Below are positions 1 to 10,443 of a stretch of 64,000 bases of DNA, piece by piece. The position numbers were made by a program, and so were the translations under genes. The notes under the pieces are model-generated. The model was not told the DNA's origin and did no database searches. It saw only the letters and a list, made by a program, of their open reading frames with translations. This DNA comes from Schmidtea nova. Lineage: Eukaryota. Where the stretch lies: assembly GCA_044892505.1 (NCBI GenBank), contig CM097883.1, forward strand, positions 18,786,001 to 18,850,000. Direction: 5' to 3'. The stretch's first letter is position 1. The number at the start of each line of letters is the position of its first letter.

Positions 1-1149
1 AAACATTGAAATAACCATCTTGTTACCCGTCACTATGTAACGTTGGTACTGTAACAAGTGGGTGGGTATTCGCAATCAGTGAGCGTCGTCAATATGAAAC
101 TATGATCGACCGAATATCTCCTGGGTCCAAGGGCTACCGATAGAAGGTTTCTTGCCCATTTTGTCCCTTCTTCGACGATTTATCTTCAAGCATTCAACAA
201 AATTTTATCGGAAATTCAACATAAATATTCTACATAACTTTAAATTTATTATTACATCCAAATAAATTAGTCCGAACATTCGAAACACTAATAAAACGTT
301 AAAATTTACTAATATTGTACTTTATGTTAATTATTAATGAAATGCATTCTAAAATAAAATTTCAATTTACAAAAAAAAATAAAATAAAACTTTAAGATTT
401 TATTTATGAAAAATGATATTTTTTATTACTTTAGGTTTTTCCATTTCTCCATTTATAAATAAAATTTTCTTTTTCTTTTTAAATTTGTTTTATTGTTAAC
501 ATAACTGGCAGATTTAAATGCTGAATTAAATTTTTCTCTCGAAAACCCGTTTATTGGCCAAAACAAGTAAATTTATTAATCTAGATTAACCATTTTAAAT
601 TAATTATTTTCTTAGTATCAGAACATGGAAGCGGGGATCAATGGTTCCAATGGTATCAATCTTAAGACACTATTAGAAAATCCAACTCGCCCATACTTTC
701 CCAACTGAGCGTGAAACTCAGAGAACACCACCCCACTCCTCACGATCTATGAGCCACCTCCATGCGAAAGATCGCGAGACTTTTTTTTGTTGAGGACAAC
801 AAATTTTGACTCACTTACAGATAATTTCGAGAATCGTTATTAACCAATTTTTCTAAGAAAATTTCAAACTTGGATCAAGGTACGGAACCGTAACATTTTA
901 TTTGTTGTTTGATATTATAATTCTTTTATGTACCCATGATTGTCATTTATTATAATTCTATATTTAATTTTATTTTTTATCATTAATTTAATGCATATAG
1001 TTATGCTTCCTAGGCTGCTCACGCGGCAAGGGAGCCCGAGTCGTCGTTGTGGGGCTTCACAGTCTCACGTGGCGGTTCCACCTTTTTATGAACTGATAAA
1101 ATATTTTCAATGATATCATTTTAATCGACAAGTTTGTGTTAAACAATTT

Positions 1150-1971
1150 TCATAATCTCGGTTGCACAGAGGACATGGCGCGAGAAGTGGTGGGAAGGTA
1201 TTCGAGAACTTCCAGAAAGTGTGAAGCCTTCTGTAAAATCACCGATTGAACATCCATATCTTTATTCGTTTTCATAACACAATAAACAGTATTGATAATT
1301 CCATTCAACTCGTGTAATGCACAGTAAGTCAACATTTGTGCCGTCAATCGCCGGAGTATGTCCAAAAATGGCACAAACGGAGAATGTTTGTTTGCCAATT
1401 CATTGTTGACCGAAATGACCGAAATCAGAAGATTTATCACCTGATATATGATAGAGATTGTTTCTAAGGACTTGTTGTCAGTTGATTCGCGAGAAATATT
1501 GTTTATGTGATCACTCGATATATGAGAAAGATCGGATCTAATTTTCGACATTGAAGGTTCGAAAATGCCAGCTTCTTTGTTATTTGGCACATTGAAGTTA
1601 GTCAAATCTAATCCATACCATTTGAAATGTGCTAGATCCGGAAATTGTTGGCTAGAATGATGCAAAGCACGCAATTTAGAAACCATTTCAGTAGAATCCA
1701 AGGTAGCATTGACAGCTAACTGCTTGGGAATAACCAACAAGGCTTTAGCGAATTCAGCAATTGCAATTTGTTCTCTGGAACTAATCGTCATAGCATATTT
1801 CTCAAGATATACATGCAAAGCGGCTTCACGTGCTCCACCACGAGGAACAACAGATTTACTTTCCAGTTCCCTTTTAACGACACAAAACGAATCATGCAAT
1901 GAACATTCCATTTCATCCACGTAGACATAATCGAAACCAAAAATTCCTTCCATTAACACTTTTTTAAACAA
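1150..1971 (-). pseudogene. TCP1: Chimeric ORF: C-terminal fragment of chaperonin CCT alpha (TCP1) fused to unrelated sequence
   Basis: DEMECSLHDSFCVVKRELESKSVVPRGGA...SREQIAIAEFAKALLVIPKQLAVNA...WYGLDL...AGIFEPSMSK matches the CCT-alpha C-terminal region (about nt 1921-1535). The N-terminal ~390 aa are missing and conserved ERSLHD/PGGG are altered; similarity stops after SKIRS. Confidence 0.8.
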
Positions 1972-2583
1972 AACCCCAACTAAACTTCCCTTGTTGATTT
2001 AACTAAACAAAACCAGAATCTCAAAAATTAAAATATCCAATTTGGAATGCGCACACAGACGCTACTCGAGCAAATTATCACCAAAAAGCAAACAAAATGA
2101 GTGCGCACACAGACGAACACCTTCCATGGATGGCAGGTACCCAACCCCAAGGAATTAATACATTATATTCGTTTTTTTAAGCCCAAGAGATGAAGTGGGA
2201 AGCCGAAAATTGTAAGATGTTCGATAGCAATCGATTTTAGTGATAAAAATTCATTAGAGGCCAAAGTCTACAATCAATGTGAAAATCTATCAATACAATA
2301 AAATTGAAATCTAAAATTTAATGATGATCAAATTCCGATCGCCCTAGACGGAATTCCAAATAATATTATAAATAACTTTGCGCCGATCGCTGTACATAGC
2401 GCGGTAATCCGAATCAATATTATCCTGATCGCCGTACATGGCGCAGGGAAAATTAAATTACATTATCCCGACCATGGTATATCGCGGCGATGAAAAATTG
2501 ATTTAATATTAGTTTTTTTGTTAACCGAAATAATTCTCGTATTGAATAAAACCTGTTTTTACAATCCTTTAATGAAATCATAG

Positions 2584-3066
2584 ATGTCGACAGCCGATTT
2601 AATGGAAAAATTGACCCAGATCCGAAACTCATTAAAGGAGAGCATGGAAGGCAGATGGGCTACCCAACTCGAGGAGTTGCCCCCGCCGATTTTGCGTACT
2701 ATTAACGCGCAGGTATATAAGTAACGGCGCAGGTTTAATCGAATAAGCCCGTTCTCCATCTGGGTTGGAGGAAAAGATCGAATTATCTACCGGGGACGGC
2801 TGGATTGGCCACTCACAGAGAAAAACTACTCCAGAAAATTTGGACGACTGATTATCGTGATCTATGATGCCGACAAACAGCCACACCGGATCATCTACTG
2901 GGGACATATCCCTCGCAAGGAACTGTGCAAATTAGGATTACAAGCGTTCATACCGCGGAAATCTTTTGGAAGAGAATGCCAGGACGGACAACCTCCGTGG
3001 TCATGGGCCCAGCTTAGAAAGATGCCGATAAATTATGAAATGCACAGTTTATTTAGACGACCCTGA
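2584..3066 (+). pseudogene. Diverged LTR ORF-A paralogue with premature TAA at 2722-2724
   Basis: IYRGRLDWP...IYDADKQPHRIIYWGHIPRKELCKLG aligns by eye with RWEGDTDWV...LLDELKQPRWLLSTGMMSGKELHQLG of ORF 8123-8758. The ATG at 2584 follows an acceptor-like ATCATAG. Confidence 0.65.
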
Positions 3067-3224
3067 TTCCGACGATTTCATAATGATAATCAGTTAATAA
3101 ATATCGTAGTGTTGATGATTTGTCTTTGTTGTATTTTGTCCCGACCATAATTAGTAATTGTATATTTCTAAATAATGCTTTAACATAAGAGTAACAAACT
3201 ATTAAATCCGAATAAATTACAGAA

Positions 3225-3821
3225 ATGAACCTAGAAACAGCGCAGAAAGAGCTCGAAAAGATGTGGAGGATCCGGAGAGCCCAGGATAAGGAGTTGGGTC
3301 TCCTCAAAGAACAATTGGCCAAGGCTGAAGCGCAAACCGCCTATTTGCGTAAAAGCTGGTTTGCTCCTGCTAGAATGAAGGAGCAGATCGGAAAGACAGA
3401 ACGCGCTCAACGGACGGCGGATGACTACAGAATGGAATGGGAAGCTACGAAAATCGAGCTTCGAAAGTGCTTGCACTCGGTAACAGCCTCCTATATCGAG
3501 CGGGAGCTAAAGGATCAAATCCGACCGATCACCTACCAAGAATGGACGGTGGAGAGAAAACAGGGAACTTCAATAGGCACGGACGTCGACGGCCTCATCG
3601 AAACCAGCAACGAATCAACTCCATCAGTCAACTCGACCACTCCATTTGTCAGTACCCATCAGAAACGAAAACGCATAGGACAGAAAAGGCTGCGACAAAG
3701 AAAGCTGTTCGCCCAAAAGCTGCAGAATCAAATCGAAGCTCTGCACAAATTATCTGAGGAGGAATTGTTGAACGAAGTATTTCCCCCAGAAGGAATTTTT
3801 AGCAACTTGATGGACAAATAA
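3225..3821 (+). CDS. LTR ORF-B paralogue (coiled coil + basic region), 198 aa
   Basis: KSWFAPARMKEQIGKTERAQRT, KRKRIGQKRLRQRK and LSEEELLNEVF align with ORF-B at 8950-9513. Confidence 0.75.
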   Translation: MNLETAQKELEKMWRIRRAQDKELGLLKEQLAKAEAQTAYLRKSWFAPARMKEQIGKTERAQRTADDYRMEWEATKIELRKCLHSVTASYIERELKDQIRPITYQEWTVERKQGTSIGTDVDGLIETSNESTPSVNSTTPFVSTHQKRKRIGQKRLRQRKLFAQKLQNQIEALHKLSEEELLNEVFPPEGIFSNLMDK

Positions 3822-4206
3822 ATGGGAATTTAGAATTTTTTTTTTCGTTCTTGTGATTTTCTCAATTTAGTTTAAAATATAAAGTAATTAAATAATCGTA
3901 AGGGTATCAAATTTGAAAACTTCATGAAAATTTTATTATAATAAAGATCCATTCTCCAGATTTTAGTGTGAATTACAGAGCATACCACTAAAGCGTAAGT
4001 CCTTCTAACGGCAGCAATGAACCCGTAAACATAAATGGGGAGTAGTACTAGCGATAGTGCTCACCTGCCCATCATTGTTTAACCACCATGCGCATCACCA
4101 ACTTGATTATCTAGGGAAATAATCAAGGGCGCTTGAGTGTTTAGTTGCACATTTTATGTATGATCATGGATGAGGGATCCCTAGTCATTGTTAGAACAAT
4201 TTTCAT

Positions 4207-4470
4207 CTAACCCCTCCATGAACCCAACAATTTTAAGAGTGCTCCTGCCTTGTGGTTATCGGATACTGGCCACGACGGATCTCCCTCCCATCTGATTCTA
4301 AAATGATACGGGAATGCCATCGCCCGGATATCAGCATTTACATGGTGTCGCTTCCATGCTCGCAGGTGACGCTCGGCAGAGTCCCTGATCCGTTCGGGGA
4401 TCGAATTAGCATCGCTTAATATCATCTTTAGGGGTTGGCATCGCCGCATACTGGATTTCTTTGTTGACAT
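4207..4470 (-). pseudogene. Truncated LTR ORF-A paralogue
   Basis: AERHLRAWKRHH...FRIRWEGDPSWP matches the RHLRRW...LRWEGDTDW motif; the frame ends where the LTR is truncated. Confidence 0.75.
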
Positions 4471-6039
4471 AACCTAAACAACAGTGATTAGGGTGATTCG
4501 TTATTTCGGTCATCATCATCATTCATCGTGTCTCGTCATCATGCATATCATACTCATCATACAAACACGTCCCAGCATCATTCCATTTCATTAAATAATT
4601 AATTACCCTCAATTTGTCCATTCTTGTTCTTTCATTCATTTCAACTGAATACTAATATGTTGTTTTGTTATTTTATTACATCTATCGCAATACCCACACG
4701 ACTTGGCCTATTGCGAATTTGGTTCATACCATTCCAGCTACAACATATTAATGCGTTTATGTCACTGTAGTTCAGCATACACTATCTGATCGATATCATC
4801 ATACTAATGCATTCATTCAATTTCAAGTCAGCATTCACTACTTGATCAACATTTTTAAACGTTATGCTTCATTATCTTTGTTATCAAATAAATGTACATG
4901 TCGAGTACTCCCTTTGGGGTGTTTATGCTCGTGGACGAACGGGTGTTTGGTTTTGACGAAATCTAGTTAGTAGTTGATCTCCTGCGGTGCGACCCAAATC
5001 TACGGAAGTAAGCGGGCTTATGCACTCACTTTCGTCTCTGCATGTTCGATTTTAGCTTTATATACGACTTGCTGCTATCGATACTACCCTTTAGGTTTAT
5101 ATCTGGCTTTGTTAGATTTACTTGCTAGATACATGTATAACCGTTCCTAGGGTGTCGACCCACAAAAGTTATTCTCTGATGACCTCAATCTTTACAATCA
5201 CTACGACGGGTTGTCTAGCTCTGATAGCGATTGCATTAGGCCCTGATGACTGTGTGGTTGGACTACGATGTTATTAGAACATAATGCCGATGTGCACCCC
5301 TCCCAAATTCATTTAGAAGACCTATTTGCTCGCCGCATCAGCCCTCCCTTGAGAATGTGTTGCGCTGAGAGGCCCGAGATCCCGTCAGATCAGATGACCT
5401 TCGGGATAACTTATCGAGTTTAAATCATGAGGGTTTATTATCATTCAAAGACACAAGACTATAACCATACCTTTATTGATTCACGACAGTTCACAATGTT
5501 TCCAATTGACCACAATCTTTGATAAAATGACGCTCTGGTAAAGAGTGATTTTTGGTGGTAAAAATATGACACGGTAGAAAATGACTGTTGGTAAATATGA
5601 CTAACTTGACTGCCGTATTTATACTTATTTCTGTTAACGGCCAGCCAATCAGAATTCAGTATGCATGCAAGTATTGTGAGCATTTCATTTTTAATGCTTA
5701 TCTTTGTGTACTTAATTCGGTAAGTTTTATGCTTATTCATCCGTGAATCTTTTTGTTATATTTATTTTATTTTAGATTCTCATGTTCTGCTCAGTTATCC
5801 ACCCACTCCTTGTCAGTTTTTGAGTAATTTGCTCTATTGTGTTATTCTGCTTTGCATTCTGCATGAGTGAGTTTTTATTGTTGTTACTTATTTTAATTCA
5901 TTGTTCATTTTTTCAGACTTTGATGCATACTGATGAATTGTCGGTATTTGGTTATTTATTTTGTTATTGTTTTTCATATTATTCATTTGTATTGATTTTA
6001 TTTCTCTTTTAGATTGTCGATGATTTGGCTGGACCAACA
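4207..6039 (-). mobile_element. LTR of a related family, truncated at its own 3' end (U3-R plus part of U5)
   Basis: The minus strand starts TGTTGGTCCAGCCAAATC at 6039 (main LTR: TGTTGGGCCAGCCAAATC). It has CCAAT/TATA-like boxes, AATAAAG|GTATGG (5477-5465), the conserved double hairpin (5328-5406) and a truncated ORF-A. Confidence 0.8.
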
Positions 6040-6425
6040 TTAGATTAATTTTTTTGTTTTGTTTATCTTTTTTACTTTCCGAGTCATTAACTCGTTGTGG
6101 TATTCCGGCTTGTTGCGATGCAGGTAGTCAGTGTGGGCTAACAAGTTTGGAGTGGATTCTCCCGAACAATTCGACCCAATTCTTTCAACACGGAACTCAT
6201 GTCTGACATCATACTTGGCGCAAATGAGAGACGCCGGTCAGAAGAGTATCCGCATGATTTTCATATTAAAAGAAATGGCCACCAGTCAATGTGGTCCAAT
6301 CAAATTGCGAACACTAACCTAAAGCGCACATAAACTTTTTCAATTAAATTTTTTCTAAAAATTGTCAAATTCAAAGTGGTTTAGTGTCAGTAAATATATA
6401 GTAAAATTTGCAGTGACTGTTTAGT

Positions 6426-6517
6426 GCCTTGGATTAAATATTCAATTTTATAAATTTCTTTTATTTTTTAAATTAATTAATTTAATTTAAGTAATTATTA
6501 AATGGAGCAAAAAAATT
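6426..6517 (+). repeat. Left arm of a ~92-bp inverted repeat (partner 37290-37381)
   Basis: GCCTTGGATTAAATATT...GTAATTATTAAATGGAGCAAAAAAATT is near-identical to the reverse complement of 37290-37381. Confidence 0.85.
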
Positions 6518-6588
6518 AATAGACGTTGTTTTAATATTCAATTTTGATTCTTCACACTGATCACAAACAAAATGCAAGCAACTTCAAA

Positions 6589-6592
6589 CGAT
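6589..6592. repeat. Target-site duplication CGAT (left)
   Basis: CGAT immediately precedes the 5' LTR and recurs at 36070-36073 immediately after the 3' LTR. Confidence 0.9.
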
Positions 6593-6963
6593 TGTTGGGC
6601 CAGCCAAATCGAGCAGCATCTGAAAATAATGTGCAATCAATAAAATAAATTAAATACAGAATAACAACAAAATAAATTACCAACACCAAAGCGTAACAAA
6701 ATAGGCGGCAACATCTAAAAGAAATAACATATTAATCAAAACAACAAAAATCTTCAAAACTCACTCATGCGAAGCAGATAAAATTGGAATATGACAGCGC
6801 GTGGGCGGATGTCACCGAAGACCTAAAGCAAAATCAAATAAAAATTAAATCATACAAAAAATAAACTTACCGCATGATTAACCAAACAAATCGGCGAGTT
6901 AAGTTAGGCAGCAAAAAGCCGACAACATGAAAAAAACGAAGCAAACATACACACATACTCGAT

Positions 6964-7002
6964 GCTGATTGGCTAACCAACAACACCGGTTCAGTATAAA
7001 TA
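6964..7002 (+). promoter_or_regulatory. LTR promoter: inverted CCAAT box (CTGATTGG) and TATA box (TATAAA 6995-7000)
   Basis: Canonical motifs and spacing; similar CCAAT-then-TATA arrangements occur in the related LTRs at about 5.6 kb and 42.9 kb (minus strand). Confidence 0.7.
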
Positions 7003-7093
7003 CTGAAGTAAAATCAGTATTTGGGAATGTCATTTTTACCGAGTGTAACTTGCAGTTGAGCATTGAGAACATTGTAAATCCAACTTGAAGAGA

Positions 7094-7107
7094 AATAAAA
7101 GGTAATT
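7094..7107 (+). promoter_or_regulatory. Poly(A) signal AATAAA abutting a 5' splice donor (AAG|GTAATT)
   Basis: AATAAA 7094-7099, GT 7102-7103. Related LTRs show AATAAAG|GTATGG and AATAAAG|GTATGT at the equivalent position. Confidence 0.65.
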
Positions 7108-8122
7108 TGGTGTTATGTTATTGATGTGTCTAAACCCTCATAATTGTTTATAACCATATTAAAATCCATAAGGTTTTCCGGAGGCCTAACAGCCTGACGG
7201 ATTCTCTGGCCTCTCAGCGCAACACAACCTTTCGGTTGTGAGGTGCTGATGCGGCGGGACCATAGGTGTACTAAATATTTGGAAAGCGGAAGGGGTTAAA
7301 TGCACATAGGGTATCGAGTAAGACCTAACGATCATGAATGAAATCAAGGTAGAAATGATCTAATATAAACGTTATGCATCACGATGATAGGGTATCGAGT
7401 ATAAACTAGTAGTCGTAAACGAGCGTAAAGTGAAGCCCGTTTGTTTTGGAAGGAGATATATTGTGGCGAAGTCTAGACGAGGGATAGACGTGTAGTGAAT
7501 AATATTAGGGTAAATGAATTAGGCGACGACGAGGGTAGGTATATGTCAACCTTAGCGCGTACGAGTTCGGGCATAGTGAACCTAGTATCAAGGGTTAAGG
7601 ATAATCGATAACCTCTGTCAGCTGTGTTTAGTCGCCAGGAGAGATGATAAATAAATCACAGGCATCGAGAACTGATAAAATGATGAACCCCAGTGAGTAA
7701 GTACCACAGGAACTTACGAGAATTACCCGACATGGGATGATCATTGCTGGTTAGATGAGGAAGTGATTGAGAACGACTGATGAAATTGAATGTAATAAAT
7801 AGTATTATCCATAAATAAAAACGGTGGTAGTTGAGTGATTGAACCTGATTGATGAGTATTAAGTATAATAGCGATATGATTAACAAATGCAACAAATCGT
7901 GCGTAGCTGAATCGTCGAAATAAAAAGCGGAGTACATTAGCTTCAAGCTATCATATAACACGACCCACATTAAGTCACCAACAATGATCCGGCAAAAATA
8001 CAGAATGTACCACTCAGACCTACAAAATTTCATAAATAATACGGGTGGGTCGACTAATATAAATAGGTCCGTTCTACCATAGAATCCGTAGAGTAAAAAC
8101 AACCATCTTCTTTAGAAATACT

Positions 8123-8758
8123 ATGGTGAAACTGGAGAGTTGCCGAGAGAAGCCGATGGTCGCGTACCCTATAAAGATAGAGAATACCATCCTTCGTAGG
8201 AAACGGCGCACCCGCTCCGTCCTCAGACCAAATACGAACCCAAATATCAGAGGAGAGAACGAAGCACCCCGAAAAGTTGTCGAAGTATCACGTCGCCACC
8301 TACGACGATGGATGAGGGCCCATATGAGCTCAGCCGCTAGCACCCCAGCTTGCACGTTTGAACTACAGTTGCGGTGGGAAGGAGATACCGATTGGGTACC
8401 CTCCTCGGATCGTATCAAGCCGGAAAATACCCGATGGTTTTATCAACTCCTAGATGAGTTAAAGCAACCCCGCTGGCTACTGAGTACCGGAATGATGTCC
8501 GGAAAAGAGCTACATCAACTCGGATACATGCTGCTAGACAGGCCTCGGTGTGGCGACACTGGGGAAGTCTTCGCCTACTCAAACGCGCCAGGAAGCGTGT
8601 CATTGGACCAACACCCCGAGCCCAAAGACCTTCGTCTCTGGGAGGTATTCATCTTTCGGGACAAGTTAAGTTGGAGCCCTGTCCCGGAGTTATACCATGA
8701 GAGCGGAATCCGTCGTGACGAGAACACGGCCGACCAGGAATTACGACCCTTCATCTAA
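8123..8758 (+). CDS. LTR-encoded ORF-A, 211 aa, unknown function, Arg-rich N-terminal motif
   Basis: Intact in both LTRs; four diverged homologues in the window conserve all or part of RHLRxW and RWEGDxxW. Confidence 0.8.
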   Translation: MVKLESCREKPMVAYPIKIENTILRRKRRTRSVLRPNTNPNIRGENEAPRKVVEVSRRHLRRWMRAHMSSAASTPACTFELQLRWEGDTDWVPSSDRIKPENTRWFYQLLDELKQPRWLLSTGMMSGKELHQLGYMLLDRPRCGDTGEVFAYSNAPGSVSLDQHPEPKDLRLWEVFIFRDKLSWSPVPELYHESGIRRDENTADQELRPFI

Positions 8759-8949
8759 ATCGCAAGGAAACCGATCCACCGAAGGAATATTTGATGTGTA
8801 TTAAAAATAAATGTATTAATTTTTGGGTTTTGTTATGTCTTTGAATGTATGAAGCGATCTGAGAGTGAAACACCTGTTTGATAATAAAGATAGCGACTGG
8901 GAGAACATACAAACCATACATAACCCGATTAATTATACATTTTACAGAG

Positions 8950-9513
8950 ATGAATGAACATCCAACTAGGAACTACAAACAAGAGGCAAAAGAGCATAAA
9001 GCTCGATCGCGAGTCCTAGAAAACCGCTTGCGGCAGCTAAACGAAGAGCACCAGCGAATTAAAGCCACGTGGTTCAACCCAGAGAGGGTTAAAACCATCC
9101 TGCAAGCCAGATACAGGGCGGAACGAACAATCGACGAGCAAGCTAGGGAGGTAGCAGCACTAAAGACGGAGCTGTCAAATTACTTGAGGGCATCAACTCA
9201 GGAGTTTATCACCGAGCAACTACGCCCAGTGATCAGGGCTAGCACCTTTAATCGGTGGGTGGACACAATATCGATGACAACAAGTACCCAAACGGAAATA
9301 GAAACCATCCCAATCACAACTACCCCAACGTCCCCAATAATTCTGGAAGGCTCGAAACGAACAAAGAGACGGAATCGCTTGGGAGCGAAAAAGCGTAGGG
9401 AGAGACGCGCATATGCGGATCGCCTAGGAATCGAAGTAGACTTGCTCAGTGGTCTATCTGAACAAGAACTACTAAATGTAATTCGACCCGCTGTATTGTT
9501 GAACTACAAATAA
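8950..9513 (+). CDS. LTR-encoded ORF-B (coiled coil, TSTQT motif, basic region); ATG at 8950 preferred over TTG at 8878
   Basis: Homologues at 3225-3821 and 40585-41142 start at the equivalent MN; acceptor-like TTTACAG precedes the ATG. Confidence 0.8.
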   Translation: MNEHPTRNYKQEAKEHKARSRVLENRLRQLNEEHQRIKATWFNPERVKTILQARYRAERTIDEQAREVAALKTELSNYLRASTQEFITEQLRPVIRASTFNRWVDTISMTTSTQTEIETIPITTTPTSPIILEGSKRTKRRNRLGAKKRRERRAYADRLGIEVDLLSGLSEQELLNVIRPAVLLNYK

Positions 9514-9903
9514 ATGTATAAAATGAATGATTTGACTTGTCTTGTTTGTTTGACGCATGTATGAGAATTAAAAGTAACAAAAACCTGGTTCATTTAAAGC
9601 TGCAGATATCTAAAAGGTAAATTACCCTAGGACAAAAGAAAAGAGCATAAGTGGGACCGAAAGAAAGCCACAGACACCTTCTATCGGTAGTGGTGGACCC
9701 GTGAATAAACAAGGGAATAGTAGCCGAAAGGTTGCTCACCTGCCTTGTCATTTCACAACGTTGACACAGTACCAACATGATGAGTAGTTAGGGATACATC
9801 ATGGGTGTCAGCGGGGGAATGTTTTTATGTTGGCGAGATCACCCTAACATATAAAATCATAACGATCTCCGTTGTCAATCTAACCAACACACCAGCATAA
9901 ATT

Positions 9904-9922
9904 TGGGGGCTCAGCCGGGATT
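9904..9922 (+). other. Primer binding site complementary to tRNA-Pro
   Basis: TGGGGGCTCAGCCGGGATT versus the tRNA-Pro/MLV-type PBS TGGGGGCTCGTCCGGGAT (2 mismatches); it starts after a 6-nt spacer following the LTR end. Confidence 0.8.
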
Positions 9923-10443
9923 AAATCGATCTTTGTGGGAAAAAGTGAATTCGATATCTGCGGACAGTTTAGAGCGCATGAACAGGGATGAAGTGAACTT
10001 AGCGAGGAAAAGTAAAGTAAATGATAACATAAGGTTTGAGGGTCCTGAAGCAAGAATGAATCGGGTTGAAAAATAATAAATAAAAGTATGAGTGTAAAAT
10101 AATGAGAATGATGAGCATGATAAAAGTATGCATGAGAACGAAAGTATGAATGTGGAAATATGAGGATGAATGAAGCAGGATGAATAGTATGTGGAGTGAC
10201 AGTATGAAAAGTGATGAAAAGTACACATGACGTAAAAGTATGATGAAAAGAGCGCATGAAAATGGTATGAGTATGAGCAACTAGCAATGATCATGTCGGG
10301 GCGACATTCAAGAACACGGGGAGATACGCAAGTAACGACGTAAAACAGAACAACAGAAAGCGAACAGTAGGGCTACCATAGAATAGGAATGATAAATAAT
10401 AAATAAAAATCGATAACAAAATTAACGAGAATTCATTCAGGGG

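Larger units (their letters stand above)
2560..4190 (+). mobile_element. Fragment of a long LTR from a family related to the giant element
   Basis: Carries ORF-A and ORF-B paralogues in the same order as the main LTR, followed at similar spacing by the conserved 3' LTR structured motif (4001-4069). Boundaries approximate. Confidence 0.7.
6593..9897 (+). repeat. 5' LTR (3305 bp)
   Basis: TGTTGGGCC...ACCAGCA. Only three substitutions versus the 3' LTR were spotted by eye (6633/32805, 6820/32992, 8682/34854); there is no net indel. Confidence 0.97.

Noticed and set aside
1010-1088. GC-rich hairpins ending in a T run as a small Pol III RNA
   Set aside because: No convincing A/B boxes, tRNA cloverleaf or snRNA/SL signature.
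7656-8102. Hydrophobic antisense ORFs (this one, its copy 33828-34274, and many minus-strand ORFs from 9.9 to 32 kb)
   Set aside because: A T-rich antisense of an A-rich strand yields stop-poor F/L/S/I frames; no motifs and no visible conservation in sister LTRs.
9677-9744. Calling the junction RNA a hammerhead ribozyme
   Set aside because: The invariant CUGANGA and GAAA core nucleotides are missing; it is reported only as an unclassified structure.
6593-9897. The two LTRs as an assembly duplication
   Set aside because: TSD, TG/CA ends, a PBS after only the left copy and several substitutions fit a genuine insertion.
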